NCBI GenBank assembly: GCA_965207445.1
Contig: CBDBLX010000002.1
Location: 2,071,849-2,135,848, forward strand
DNA length: 64,000 nucleotides
From: Nitrosopumilus sp.
Lineage (GTDB): Archaea > Thermoproteota > Nitrososphaeria > Nitrososphaerales > Nitrosopumilaceae
Direction of reading: 5' to 3'
Of the stretch, positions 1 through 8,861 are shown one piece after another. Both the position numbers and the translations under genes were made by a program. The notes beneath the pieces are model-generated. The model did no database searches, was not told where the DNA came from, and worked only from the letters and a program-made list of their open reading frames with translations. The stretch's first letter is position 1, and the number at the start of each line of letters is the position of its first letter.

Positions 1-303
1 CTTTACTGTAATTTTAAGGGATATTAGCCCTGCTACAGCAGAGAGTGTAGCGCCAACTGCAAAAGCAATACCATTTGATACCTCCAAAAACGCACCTATG
101 ATAACAGAGAGTGCAATCGCCACAGGTATGATAATCATCATCTCTCGTTTTAAAAAGGCAGCAGCACCTACACGTACTGCATCAGATATTTCCATCATCT
201 GCTTTGTTCCAGCTGGTTGCTTTGAGATCCAGCCTACCAATATACCTGCAATTATAAACGAAGCCGCACCGGCTGCAAACGGCAGGATCTCAACTAATTC
301 CAT
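1..303 (-). CDS. hppA: Membrane-bound proton/sodium-translocating pyrophosphatase, N-terminal part (runs off the left edge)
   Basis: Not in the ORF track. Manual translation gives MELVEILPFAAGAASFIIAGILVGWISKQPAGTKQMMEISDAVRVGAAAFLKREM..., matching the HppA N-terminal pattern (TM helix, then G-x-x-x-M-x-E-I-S-x-A-V-x-x-G-A-x-A-F-L-x-R-E). Confidence 0.85.
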   Translation of the reverse strand, partial: MELVEILPFAAGAASFIIAGILVGWISKQPAGTKQMMEISDAVRVGAAAFLKREMMIIIPVAIALSVIIGAFLEVSNGIAFAVGATLSAVAGLISLKITVK

Positions 304-630
304 ATATGGCGGACTGCCTGAACGTGTAAATATAAATCAAAAAAATACCAAGTGTGATCAACAAAAAACCCTAATCAAACCCAATTTATCGTACTTTTGA
401 ACATTGTCAGAGATATTGTATGATATATAACCATTAAACTTTTTAAAAACAGAAATTGATTGTGAATCTAATCAATATGCAGAAATGTCAATAAAAACAA
501 AGTATTAGATGGGTTATCTCAATGATGGGAAAACAGATACGTTTTACACACAGTATAAATGATCATTCAATTATTTTAAATGATTATAATTTATCTGTCA
601 AATTTGGTTGATGCTTGTCACGTTTTGAAA

Positions 631-1023
631 TTATTTTTGTGCATTCTTTTTTGAGTTACGTTTCTTGTAAGGTGCAAAACGTGCACCACGCAGTCCACGT
701 CTAACAAGTGAATTGAATCGTTTTCCATGAGACATGTAAGGAAATCTCATATGTATGAGTTCATGTACTATTGTATTCTCAAGTACCTTTTCATTTGGTA
801 TCTTTCGTACGTTTATGAAAATTGTATTATGTTGCATATACGCAACACCATAATACTTGTAAGCAGATGTACGTCTGCCTGCTGTCATATGACGTGGAGC
901 ATCTAACACTTGACGAGTGGTTAAAAGTACGTGTGGCTCTGCAATTGAAAAACGTGCAGAGTAAATACCAACTTTTTCCAAGATTGATAAACGTAGTTCC
1001 GGCCCATACTTCATAATATACAA
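631..1023 (-). CDS. Small zinc metallopeptidase-like protein (SprT/DUF45-like)
   Basis: HEXXH motif (VHELIH) followed by SHGKRF. The start may be at 1014. Confidence 0.65.
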   Translation of the reverse strand: MYIMKYGPELRLSILEKVGIYSARFSIAEPHVLLTTRQVLDAPRHMTAGRRTSAYKYYGVAYMQHNTIFINVRKIPNEKVLENTIVHELIHMRFPYMSHGKRFNSLVRRGLRGARFAPYKKRNSKKNAQK

Positions 1024-1041
1024 TTACAAAATTAGAATATA

Positions 1042-1087
1042 TGACATGTGTACGTCACATGTGTACGTCACATGTGTACGTCACATA
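1042..1087. repeat. 13-bp tandem repeat (ACATGTGTACGTC) x~3.5
   Basis: Read directly from the sequence. Confidence 0.9.
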
Positions 1088-1150
1088 TGTTAACTCATAA
1101 TTTATTCAAATCAATGGGTATAGGATCAGACATAGGTGTTTAATCACCAT

Positions 1151-1693
1151 TCATACAGCCACCGTCTCATCATCCCTTCCCATTACATCAAGAATATCTT
1201 TTGTTTTATTTCTAACTTTGTCATTGATCACAGTTACTACTAGTCCTTGATTTGGTTGTCCATACAAGACCACAGAGTTTTCAGGAGCATATACACAAAC
1301 AGGGATCACAAGCAGGTCCTCCTCACCATCCACATGTATCCGAATAGGTGGCTCACTTGAGAATGCGTGGCATATTGCAGATATACTTTCAGTTGTTATC
1401 TCTGCAGGGGGGTTTGTAACTTTGATTATCATAGGTACACGATCATCACATCCAACATTATGTGTAAAATCAGGGTATGGTCGTTTTTGGCGCTTCTCAA
1501 GACCATCGACTATCTGTAAAGATGGAACAATTCCAAATTTGATCATGTTTTCAGTACTACGATCACCTACGGTAATTACATAAGAGTTACCAGGAATCAT
1601 CGTTTCAATACGTTCTCGTGTGAGCATATTATCAGGTATTAGTATACCCAAAGGAGTCTTCAATCGATTTCTGTATGATTCAGGTAACTTCAC
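1151..1693 (-). CDS. GTP-dependent dephospho-CoA kinase (DUF359 family)
   Basis: Motifs ITVGD, NPPAEIT, VDGEEDLL and LYGQPNQG. Confidence 0.85.
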   Translation of the reverse strand: MKLPESYRNRLKTPLGILIPDNMLTRERIETMIPGNSYVITVGDRSTENMIKFGIVPSLQIVDGLEKRQKRPYPDFTHNVGCDDRVPMIIKVTNPPAEITTESISAICHAFSSEPPIRIHVDGEEDLLVIPVCVYAPENSVVLYGQPNQGLVVTVINDKVRNKTKDILDVMGRDDETVAV

Positions 1694-1705
1694 ACAAAAC
1701 TCGCC

Positions 1706-2899
1706 TTATTGTGCACTTTGTGTATTTGTAGATTCAATAGATTGAGGGACATTATCAGTAGAATTGCCAGTTGGGGATAAAGGTTTTTGATCAGTAGAGT
1801 TGCCAGTAGAATTGTCAGTGTTTGTATCATTACCAGATGAATCTTGTTGCAATTTTGCAGCAAGTATGCTACACTGTGCAGCAATGTTTCGCGCAGCACT
1901 CTGAAAAGCAGTCCCACTAGGCGAATCAGGTCCCGTGATCATTATAGGTTTGCCTAGGTCAGAGCCAGACATTATTCCAGAGTTGAGAGGTATCTCGCCT
2001 AAAAATGGTATGTTAAATTGTTCGCTTATCTTTTTAGCACCACCGTCACCAAATATATTGTATTTATGATCACAATTTGGACATACAAAGTGACTCATAT
2101 TCTCAACAACACCAAGAATCGGTACGTTGAGTTTTTCAAACATTCCAATTGCCTTTACTGCTACATTACTTGCCACATTTTGAGGAGTGGTAATTACAAG
2201 TATTCCAGTAATAGGAATTGTTTGTGCAAGCGTAAGTGGAATGTCACCAGTCCCGGGCGGAAGATCAACTATAAGGTAATCCAGGTCAGACCAGTTCGTG
2301 TCGACTAGAAACTGTTTCAGAATACCAGATATTATAGGGCCACGATATATGGCAGCTTGATGAGACTGTTCTGCAAAAAATCCAAATGATACAACCTTGA
2401 TGCCGTTTGATTCTGCAGGTTGTAATTTGTTATTGTCAACTTCCATGTATCCATCTTTCATTCCAAGCATTAACGGAATACTTGGTCCATAAATGTCAGC
2501 ATCAAGTAATCCCACACTGGCTCCTGTTTGGCGCAAGGCAAGTGCCAAATTCAATGATACAGTTGACTTGCCCACACCGCCTTTGCCACTTGCAACGCCA
2601 ATGATATTTTTGACAGTTGCCATGGATGCATCATCATCAAGTGAGCGCCCCTCCATTACTTTTGCAGTCACATTAAGATCAAAATTTTTTAAATCATCCA
2701 ATTCGCCTATGACTTTACGTACATCTTCTTCAATCTCAGCATTAAATGGGCAAGCAGGAGTAGTAAGCTCTAGTGTGAATTTTAGATTGTCATCTACTAG
2801 TTCGATGTCTTTTATCATGCCCATCGATACGATATCTTTTTTGAGGTCAGGATCTATTACAGTTGCAAGCTTGCTTATAACTTGATCTACACCAACCAT
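1706..2899 (-). CDS. Mrp/NBP35 (ApbC) Fe-S cluster carrier ATPase with N-terminal DUF59 domain and low-complexity C-terminal tail
   Basis: Motifs LELTTPACP, SGKGGVGKST, DADIYGPS, DLPPGTGD and ENMSHFVCPNC. Confidence 0.92.
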   Translation of the reverse strand: MVGVDQVISKLATVIDPDLKKDIVSMGMIKDIELVDDNLKFTLELTTPACPFNAEIEEDVRKVIGELDDLKNFDLNVTAKVMEGRSLDDDASMATVKNIIGVASGKGGVGKSTVSLNLALALRQTGASVGLLDADIYGPSIPLMLGMKDGYMEVDNNKLQPAESNGIKVVSFGFFAEQSHQAAIYRGPIISGILKQFLVDTNWSDLDYLIVDLPPGTGDIPLTLAQTIPITGILVITTPQNVASNVAVKAIGMFEKLNVPILGVVENMSHFVCPNCDHKYNIFGDGGAKKISEQFNIPFLGEIPLNSGIMSGSDLGKPIMITGPDSPSGTAFQSAARNIAAQCSILAAKLQQDSSGNDTNTDNSTGNSTDQKPLSPTGNSTDNVPQSIESTNTQSAQ

Positions 2900-3157
2900 T
2901 AATTGAAAAACTGCTTTTCTATATTTATAGTCTACAAACCAAAGAATTCATCAGGTATTATCACAAACAACTACAAACATATCGCGTTTTGTTTTAATAT
3001 ACACAACTATTCACTAAATACTACTCTTCACCGCACGCACAAACAACAAAAACATGTAGATGAGACAATTATGCTCACATATAATGAAGGAGATACACAA
3101 ATATTGAAAAATGCAACAAACAAAGATTCATAAATTAATTCTAAAGAGCAAAGTCAG

Positions 3158-3796
3158 TTGTTTTCAATCTCAACCTTGGCAGATGTTGTCAGGATTCCAC
3201 CCGATCAGTTCGGAACTACGCTCCGAAAAGCTGCTATGAGTATACTAAAGGAAAAATACGAGAGTATGATTAATTCTGAGCTAGGGTACATAATCATGAT
3301 ACTAGATGCCAAAGTCGATGAGATGGGAAAGATGGTAGCAGGTGACGGGGGTACGTTTCACAGAGTAAATTTCAAGGCACTTACATTTTATCCAAAGTTG
3401 CAAGAGATCGTTTACGGCGAGATTGTAGATATTACAGATTTTGGTGCATTTGTTAGAATAGGACCTACGGATGCATTGTTGCACCTGTCACAGGTTATGG
3501 ATGACTATTTGAAGAGTGATGTCAAATCTGGAATGATCATTGCAAATCAGAGTGGTAGGACACTCAAAGTAGGTTCTGCACTACGTGCAAGAATTACAGC
3601 AGTGTCACTAGGCAAATCAGCTACAATGGGTAAAATCGGTATAACATGCAGACAGCCATTTTTGGGCACCGATGAGTGGATTGCAGAAGAAATTAAAAAA
3701 ATAGAGGGCGGTAATGAAAAAAGTGATGGGCAAAAAAGCAACAGTGGTGAGAAAAATGCAGGTAAAAAGACAAAGGATGGCGGAGGTAAAAAATAA
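3158..3796 (+). CDS. rpoE1: DNA-directed RNA polymerase subunit Rpo7 (E')
   Basis: GDGGTFH and S1 domain (TDFGAFVRIGPTDALLHLSQV); paired with spt4. Confidence 0.95.
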   Translation: MFSISTLADVVRIPPDQFGTTLRKAAMSILKEKYESMINSELGYIIMILDAKVDEMGKMVAGDGGTFHRVNFKALTFYPKLQEIVYGEIVDITDFGAFVRIGPTDALLHLSQVMDDYLKSDVKSGMIIANQSGRTLKVGSALRARITAVSLGKSATMGKIGITCRQPFLGTDEWIAEEIKKIEGGNEKSDGQKSNSGEKNAGKKTKDGGGKK

Positions 3797-3984
3797 TGGC
3801 AAGGGAGATGGCATGCCGCAAGTGCAAGTTTGTCACCACCGCAAAATTATGCCCAGTTTGTAAATCATCTGACCTAACTCCAGACTGGAATGGCATAGTA
3901 CTAGTAGTAGATCCATCCAACTCAGAAATCTCAAAAACGCTAGGAATAACACAAAAAGGCAAGTACGCAATCAAAGTCGTGTGA
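3796..3984 (+). CDS. spt4: Transcription elongation factor Spt4 (RpoE2)
   Basis: CRKC...CPVC zinc ribbon and GKYAIKV C-terminus. The last codon and stop lie inside a MITE terminal repeat. Confidence 0.95.
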   Translation: MAREMACRKCKFVTTAKLCPVCKSSDLTPDWNGIVLVVDPSNSEISKTLGITQKGKYAIKVV

Positions 3985-4127
3985 GCCAAGCTCCATGACA
4001 GGTATGATCATTCAAAAATAACTCCTAGCCAAATGTAGCGCATACACAATATTCAATATGTAGATAGAGATGTGACCAAATACAAGTATGTGATTTTATT
4101 ATTGCATCCACAGAGCTTGGTTCACAC
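3979..4127. mobile_element. MITE family B, copy 1 (149 bp)
   Basis: Terminal inverted repeats GTGTGAGCCAAGCTC / GAGCTTGGTTCACAC (14/15). Exact 8-bp flanking direct repeat TCAAAGTC (3971-3978, 4128-4135). A homologous copy lies at 15759-15906. Confidence 0.9.
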
Positions 4128-4159
4128 TCAAAGTCACATGACCACCATGATTGCAAAAA

Positions 4160-4292
4160 TAATAATAATATCATATTAATAACAACCACAATATCATATT
4201 AATAACAACCACAATATCATATTAATAATAATATCATATTAATAATAATAATAATATCATATTAATAACAATCATAATATCATATTAATAAT
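4160..4292. repeat. Degenerate AT-rich tandem repeat (core AATATCATATTAATAA) x~6
   Basis: Read directly from the sequence. Confidence 0.85.
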
Positions 4293-4378
4293 AAATTCAC
4301 ATCTTCATTTAACTATATCTGTATAATTATATTTGAAATTAATAATGAGTGTCAAAGGTGTAATTAACTCAACATGAT

Positions 4379-4957
4379 TCACAAATTCCATCTAGTTACA
4401 AAGTCAAATCCTTCCAACGGGCCTGGAAACTCCAACATATGGTAATGCTTGCGAATTATTTTCTCAGGTACACGTTCTTTGCCAGTTCTTTTACGATTCC
4501 ACACAAATGCCTGCTTAAAGTTGTAAAATGACACTGCATGTATAGATGCATTATACAAACGAGCAAGTCGTATGTATGGCCAGCGCACCTCTTGTGTAAG
4601 ATTTGTATCATCAATCACTACATTTCTGCCAGATTTGAGTATATCAGATATCTGAATATACTCTACTTGTCGACTATTGCTGTTCTGAGTGGTGCTCAAT
4701 TGTGCGTCATGTGTGGTACATGCAGGATTTTTTGGCATAGTACTATACGTTAGACCAAGACATAACGGGTTTTCTTGATCATATCTTTCTTTTAATTTGT
4801 GTCGGGTGAATCCATTCATACACATACGATTTATGTCAAGTGACACATGAACATAATCATAGAGCATATTTTTAGCATATGTTGTTTTTCCACACCCAGG
4901 TATGCCAATCAGCATAACTACATCTGCATGTAGTTGAGTAAGTTTGGAGGCCTGCAT
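4379..4957 (-). CDS. P-loop kinase of the AAA_33 / polynucleotide-kinase-like family
   Basis: GIPGCGKTT Walker A, VVIDDTNL...R, RxxR lid (RKRTGKERVPEKII) and EGFD end. The start is uncertain (4957 or 4996). Confidence 0.75.
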   Translation of the reverse strand: MQASKLTQLHADVVMLIGIPGCGKTTYAKNMLYDYVHVSLDINRMCMNGFTRHKLKERYDQENPLCLGLTYSTMPKNPACTTHDAQLSTTQNSNSRQVEYIQISDILKSGRNVVIDDTNLTQEVRWPYIRLARLYNASIHAVSFYNFKQAFVWNRKRTGKERVPEKIIRKHYHMLEFPGPLEGFDFVTRWNL

Positions 4958-5057
4958 GTGGTATCTGTAATGTGTTGTTAAAAAAATATTATGCAAGAAA
5001 TTAAAAATAACCAGAATGCATTATTATAATTTAATCACATATTTAATAAATTGTGAC

Positions 5058-5138
5058 GTAACCGCTCAACCCCTGTGCCTGCACTAGAAGTTAGGCGATG
5101 AATCTGTGTCTAAACTTGAGAATGAGTTGAACGGTTAC
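5058..5138 (-). mobile_element. MITE family A (81 bp), copy with intact target-site duplication
   Basis: Terminal inverted repeats GTAACCGCTCAAC / GTTGAACGGTTAC. Exact 9-bp direct repeat AATTGTGAC on both flanks (5049-5057, 5139-5147). Reverse orientation relative to the 21824 copy. Confidence 0.92.
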
Positions 5139-5339
5139 AATTGTGACATCATATTTGTCTTGTAGAATCATTCAAGTATTCAAATATGTTTATTAATACT
5201 TATTACTTGTATTAAAAATATTATTATTTTATTTGTAATTGTTATGTTGTTTAAATTATAACATGCAATATTATTATAATTAAGTATTATAATTGATAAT
5301 TAGCATCACTAAAATATTTGATAAAACATCAATAATACA

Positions 5340-6230
5340 GTGAGTGAAATAACACCTCAGATCAAAGAAGAACTAGAGAGATTCTTAAAAGAAGATATTG
5401 GAAAAGGCGATATTACAAGTGCACTACTCCCAAATGGTACAATTACAGCAGAAATAATTACAAAAGAAGATACAATAATTGCAGGTGTAACATATGCAAG
5501 AACTATGTTTGAATTACAAAATTGTGAATCCAAAATACTAAAGTCAGATGGTGTAAAGGCACACAAAGGAGACACCATTATGAGAATTAGTGGAAAACCA
5601 CAAAACGTACTAGCATGTGAGAGAACTGCTCTAAATTTGCTATCAAGAATGAGCGGTATTGCTACTGCAACAGCAGAGATCGTAAACAGGACATCAACAT
5701 CAACAAGAAAAATTGCAAAACTTTATGCTACAAGAAAGACAGCTCCCGGCTTGCGCATATTTGACAAAATTGCAGTAGAGATCGGAGGCGCAAAAAGGCA
5801 CAGAATGAGATTGGATGAATCAATAATGATAAAAGACAATCATATTGCAACAGTATGTACTCTAGATTCAAGATCTCCAAAACACACAACGAGTAGCGCA
5901 ATACAACATCTAATTAAAAAAGCAAAACAAAAGTACAAAGAAATAGAAGTTGAAGTAGAGAGTTCAACAGATGCCATAATAGCAGCGCGCGCAGGTGCAA
6001 CCACAATAATGATAGATAACTTATCACCCTTTGGTGTCATAGAAACAGTAAGGTTACTCAAAAAAGAGGGATTGCGAGATAGTATAACAATAGAGGCATC
6101 AGGCAAGATAACCAAAAAAAATATTGGAAAATATATGAAAAGTGGTGTAGATAGAATATCAATGGGTTCCATTACAAACTCTGTTAAAGGGGTTGATCTC
6201 AGCTTGGAGGTCATACAAGAGTCAAGTTGA
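5340..6230 (+). CDS. nadC: Nicotinate-nucleotide pyrophosphorylase (quinolinate phosphoribosyltransferase)
   Basis: Motifs EDIGKGDITS, TRKTAPGLR, HRMRLDESIMIKDNH and EVEVES; clustered with nadA and nadX. Confidence 0.95.
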   Translation: MSEITPQIKEELERFLKEDIGKGDITSALLPNGTITAEIITKEDTIIAGVTYARTMFELQNCESKILKSDGVKAHKGDTIMRISGKPQNVLACERTALNLLSRMSGIATATAEIVNRTSTSTRKIAKLYATRKTAPGLRIFDKIAVEIGGAKRHRMRLDESIMIKDNHIATVCTLDSRSPKHTTSSAIQHLIKKAKQKYKEIEVEVESSTDAIIAARAGATTIMIDNLSPFGVIETVRLLKKEGLRDSITIEASGKITKKNIGKYMKSGVDRISMGSITNSVKGVDLSLEVIQESS

Positions 6231-6623
6231 CTCCAAGTTCTCAAGTAACTCCTGTGCATCATTATTTTCTGGATCAATTTCTTGAATCTTTTTACACGAT
6301 AAAATGGCCTGGTGTTTCTGGCCTAATATGATATGAGATCTGGCCTTTAACAATAACGCTTCTGTATCATATGAGCCAATCTCGAGTGCTTTGTCCAAAT
6401 ATGAAAGAGCAGGTTTGTATTTTTTGTGCATATAATATATGGCACCCATAGTAAAAAGTAGATCATGGTTATGATCACCTATTTTACTCACATATTCGGC
6501 ACCACAGCGTAATGCCTTGTCATACTTTTTGTCCTTTACATAGGCCTTGAACTCTTTTAAGAGTTTACCACCCATCCCTTTTGTTTTACTCTTGTTGCCT
6601 CGATTAGAAAAAAGTCCAGTCAT
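6222..6623 (-). CDS. Small tetratricopeptide-repeat protein
   Basis: TPR-like helices (YKPALSYLDKALEI; EIDPENNDA). Confidence 0.75.
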   Translation of the reverse strand: MTGLFSNRGNKSKTKGMGGKLLKEFKAYVKDKKYDKALRCGAEYVSKIGDHNHDLLFTMGAIYYMHKKYKPALSYLDKALEIGSYDTEALLLKARSHIILGQKHQAILSCKKIQEIDPENNDAQELLENLEST

Positions 6624-6628
6624 TAAGA

Positions 6629-7600
6629 TCAGCCAATACGCAACATGCGCTCAATTGCAAGACGTGCCTTGTTTGCGATATGTGAAGGTACCGTCACAAC
6701 ACTACGATCATTGACAAGTGAGTCATATACCTTTTCAAGTGTAATCATTTTCATATATTGACACTCTGCTTTTTCTGATACAGGTATAAACTCTTTGTTA
6801 GGGTTCTGGTTTTGCATACGATACAGAATGCCAGTCTCAGTTGCGACAACAAATGTCTTGGCAGATGACTTTTTCACATGATTGAGCATGCCTTCAGTGG
6901 ATAGTATGGAAACATTTCTGTCGCCAAATCCACCAGTCGCAGAATCATATAACATAGGAGTTGTACAGCTGCACTCTGGATGTATAACAAACTCTGCATT
7001 TTGTAAAGAGTCGAGTTTTTCATTAACATCCTGAGGCGTGATTCCTGCGTGAACGTGACACTCACCGGCCCATATACGCATATTTTTACGTCCTGTCATT
7101 TTGGCAACATAAGAGCCAAGAAACATGTCAGGAAGAAACAACACCTCTTTATGATCAGGGATAGACTCTACTACCTTTACAGCATTAGATGATGTGCAAC
7201 AGTAATCAAGCTCAGATTTAATCTCAGCAGTTGTGTTAACATAACCGACACATATTGCATCAGGGTGAGATGCTTTCCAGTCACGAAGTTCCTGCACGGT
7301 AATTGAATCAGACAGAGAACATCCAGCATTTAGTTCTGGAATTAAGACTCTTTTGTCAGGGCTTATGATTGCAGCAGTCTCTGCCATAAAGTGAACACCA
7401 CAAAAGAGAATTGTCTTTTGGTCAACAGTAGCAGCTTGACGCGATAATCCAAGTGAGTCACCTATGTAATCTGCCACATCTTGCACATCCGGGATTTGAT
7501 AGTTGTGTGCAAGTATGACAACATCTTTTTCCTTTTTAAGACGTAAGATGTTTTCTTTAAAATCATCAACTCTTATTTGTGTCTGTTCTTGTTTTGACAT
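6629..7600 (-). CDS. nadA: Quinolinate synthase
   Basis: Motifs ILAHNYQ, GDSLGLS, FCGVHFMAE, AGCSL, ECHVH and HPEC. Start set at ATG 7600. Confidence 0.97.
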   Translation of the reverse strand: MSKQEQTQIRVDDFKENILRLKKEKDVVILAHNYQIPDVQDVADYIGDSLGLSRQAATVDQKTILFCGVHFMAETAAIISPDKRVLIPELNAGCSLSDSITVQELRDWKASHPDAICVGYVNTTAEIKSELDYCCTSSNAVKVVESIPDHKEVLFLPDMFLGSYVAKMTGRKNMRIWAGECHVHAGITPQDVNEKLDSLQNAEFVIHPECSCTTPMLYDSATGGFGDRNVSILSTEGMLNHVKKSSAKTFVVATETGILYRMQNQNPNKEFIPVSEKAECQYMKMITLEKVYDSLVNDRSVVTVPSHIANKARLAIERMLRIG

Positions 7601-7934
7601 TCTAATAGAAATGACAAATATAATTGATTTAAAGCGTTTCAAGTAGACTATAATTGTGACTAAAACTGTATGTATGCGGCAATATTTGCCATAATATTAA
7701 ACTAGGAATAATTACAAACATATTCTAAATATATCGAGAATTATATGAAATGATCTTAAAGTAAATAGAAGAGTACAATAAAACATTAAATTAATAATTA
7801 TGTATGATTATATACATCAGGGTCCATTTGAATCAAATATCAAAAATATACTATACCACAAGGTTACAATGTTTCTTGTCAAGATTAATTATGTTTAATT
7901 GAATAATTATGTTTTAGTAATTATGTTTTAGTAA

Positions 7935-8762
7935 TTATATTTGAACAGGACTAAAATTTCCACTAGGTGAACAATATCTGCGCAACGTATTGATTGCAGA
8001 GAGAGTTGCAAGTATACTTGTTTTTGGATTGTCTGGAGATACAACATTTTCAATCTCAAATGACATCTTGCCAAACTTACCCTTGGCCTCTATTTTATGA
8101 GTATTTGTTGTAGTGTTTGAATCAGCTATTATTCGAACAATTGTTTTGTCACCCCCAATACCTGAGAGTGCGAGTGTTGCTGCAACATTGACATTTGCAG
8201 GGAATAATGAGACAGCCTTAGTAGCAGGTCCCTCAAACAATACCATAGATGATGCAATGTTATCAATATCAATATCACGTGTATCAAAAAATGGAGCTCC
8301 ACGTAGTGAGTTTGGGTGCTTTGTGGTAGTGATGTGTACAGAGTCCAATTCATCACGGATTGCCTGTATACCATCAAGTCCTGCAATAGCACCAGATGGA
8401 ATCAAAACAATAGTCTGAAATTCTTTTGATGCCTCCAAAAGTACATTATGTATTGATTCATCAAGTAATGCACCAACAGATAAAATCATTAAATCTTTTT
8501 TGTTCTGTATTATTGCCAATGCAGAATCTCGAAGGGCTGACTGAGATGCAGCTTCTACTATAATATCAACGCGACTCGTAAACAGTAGATTGGGGTTTGT
8601 CATTATCTGAGGTTTTGATTCTAATTTAGATGCCAATAAATTTGCAGCATCAGGTGATGCATCATATATGTGAGTTAATTTGGCATCTATACTAGTAGTG
8701 TCGATTGCACGTGCAATAGTAGTACCAATAGTTCCACAACCAAGCAAGCCTATTCTCTTCAA
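7935..8762 (-). CDS. nadX: L-aspartate dehydrogenase
   Basis: Motifs GCGTIG, VEAASQ, PSGAIAGLD, FPANVNVAA and NPKTS. Probable TTG start at 8762. Confidence 0.93.
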   Translation of the reverse strand: MKRIGLLGCGTIGTTIARAIDTTSIDAKLTHIYDASPDAANLLASKLESKPQIMTNPNLLFTSRVDIIVEAASQSALRDSALAIIQNKKDLMILSVGALLDESIHNVLLEASKEFQTIVLIPSGAIAGLDGIQAIRDELDSVHITTTKHPNSLRGAPFFDTRDIDIDNIASSMVLFEGPATKAVSLFPANVNVAATLALSGIGGDKTIVRIIADSNTTTNTHKIEAKGKFGKMSFEIENVVSPDNPKTSILATLSAINTLRRYCSPSGNFSPVQI

Positions 8763-8861
8763 CACAAGACATAGTAGTTCAATGTTAATTAAATTTAAGG
8801 TTGAGTTCATTTATGCAATACAGACTAATCTTTTTATGACAATCTGACATATGGAATTCAC

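Noticed and set aside
98..400. 100-aa plus-strand ORF
   Set aside because: It is antisense to the hppA N-terminus, which has recognisable family motifs.
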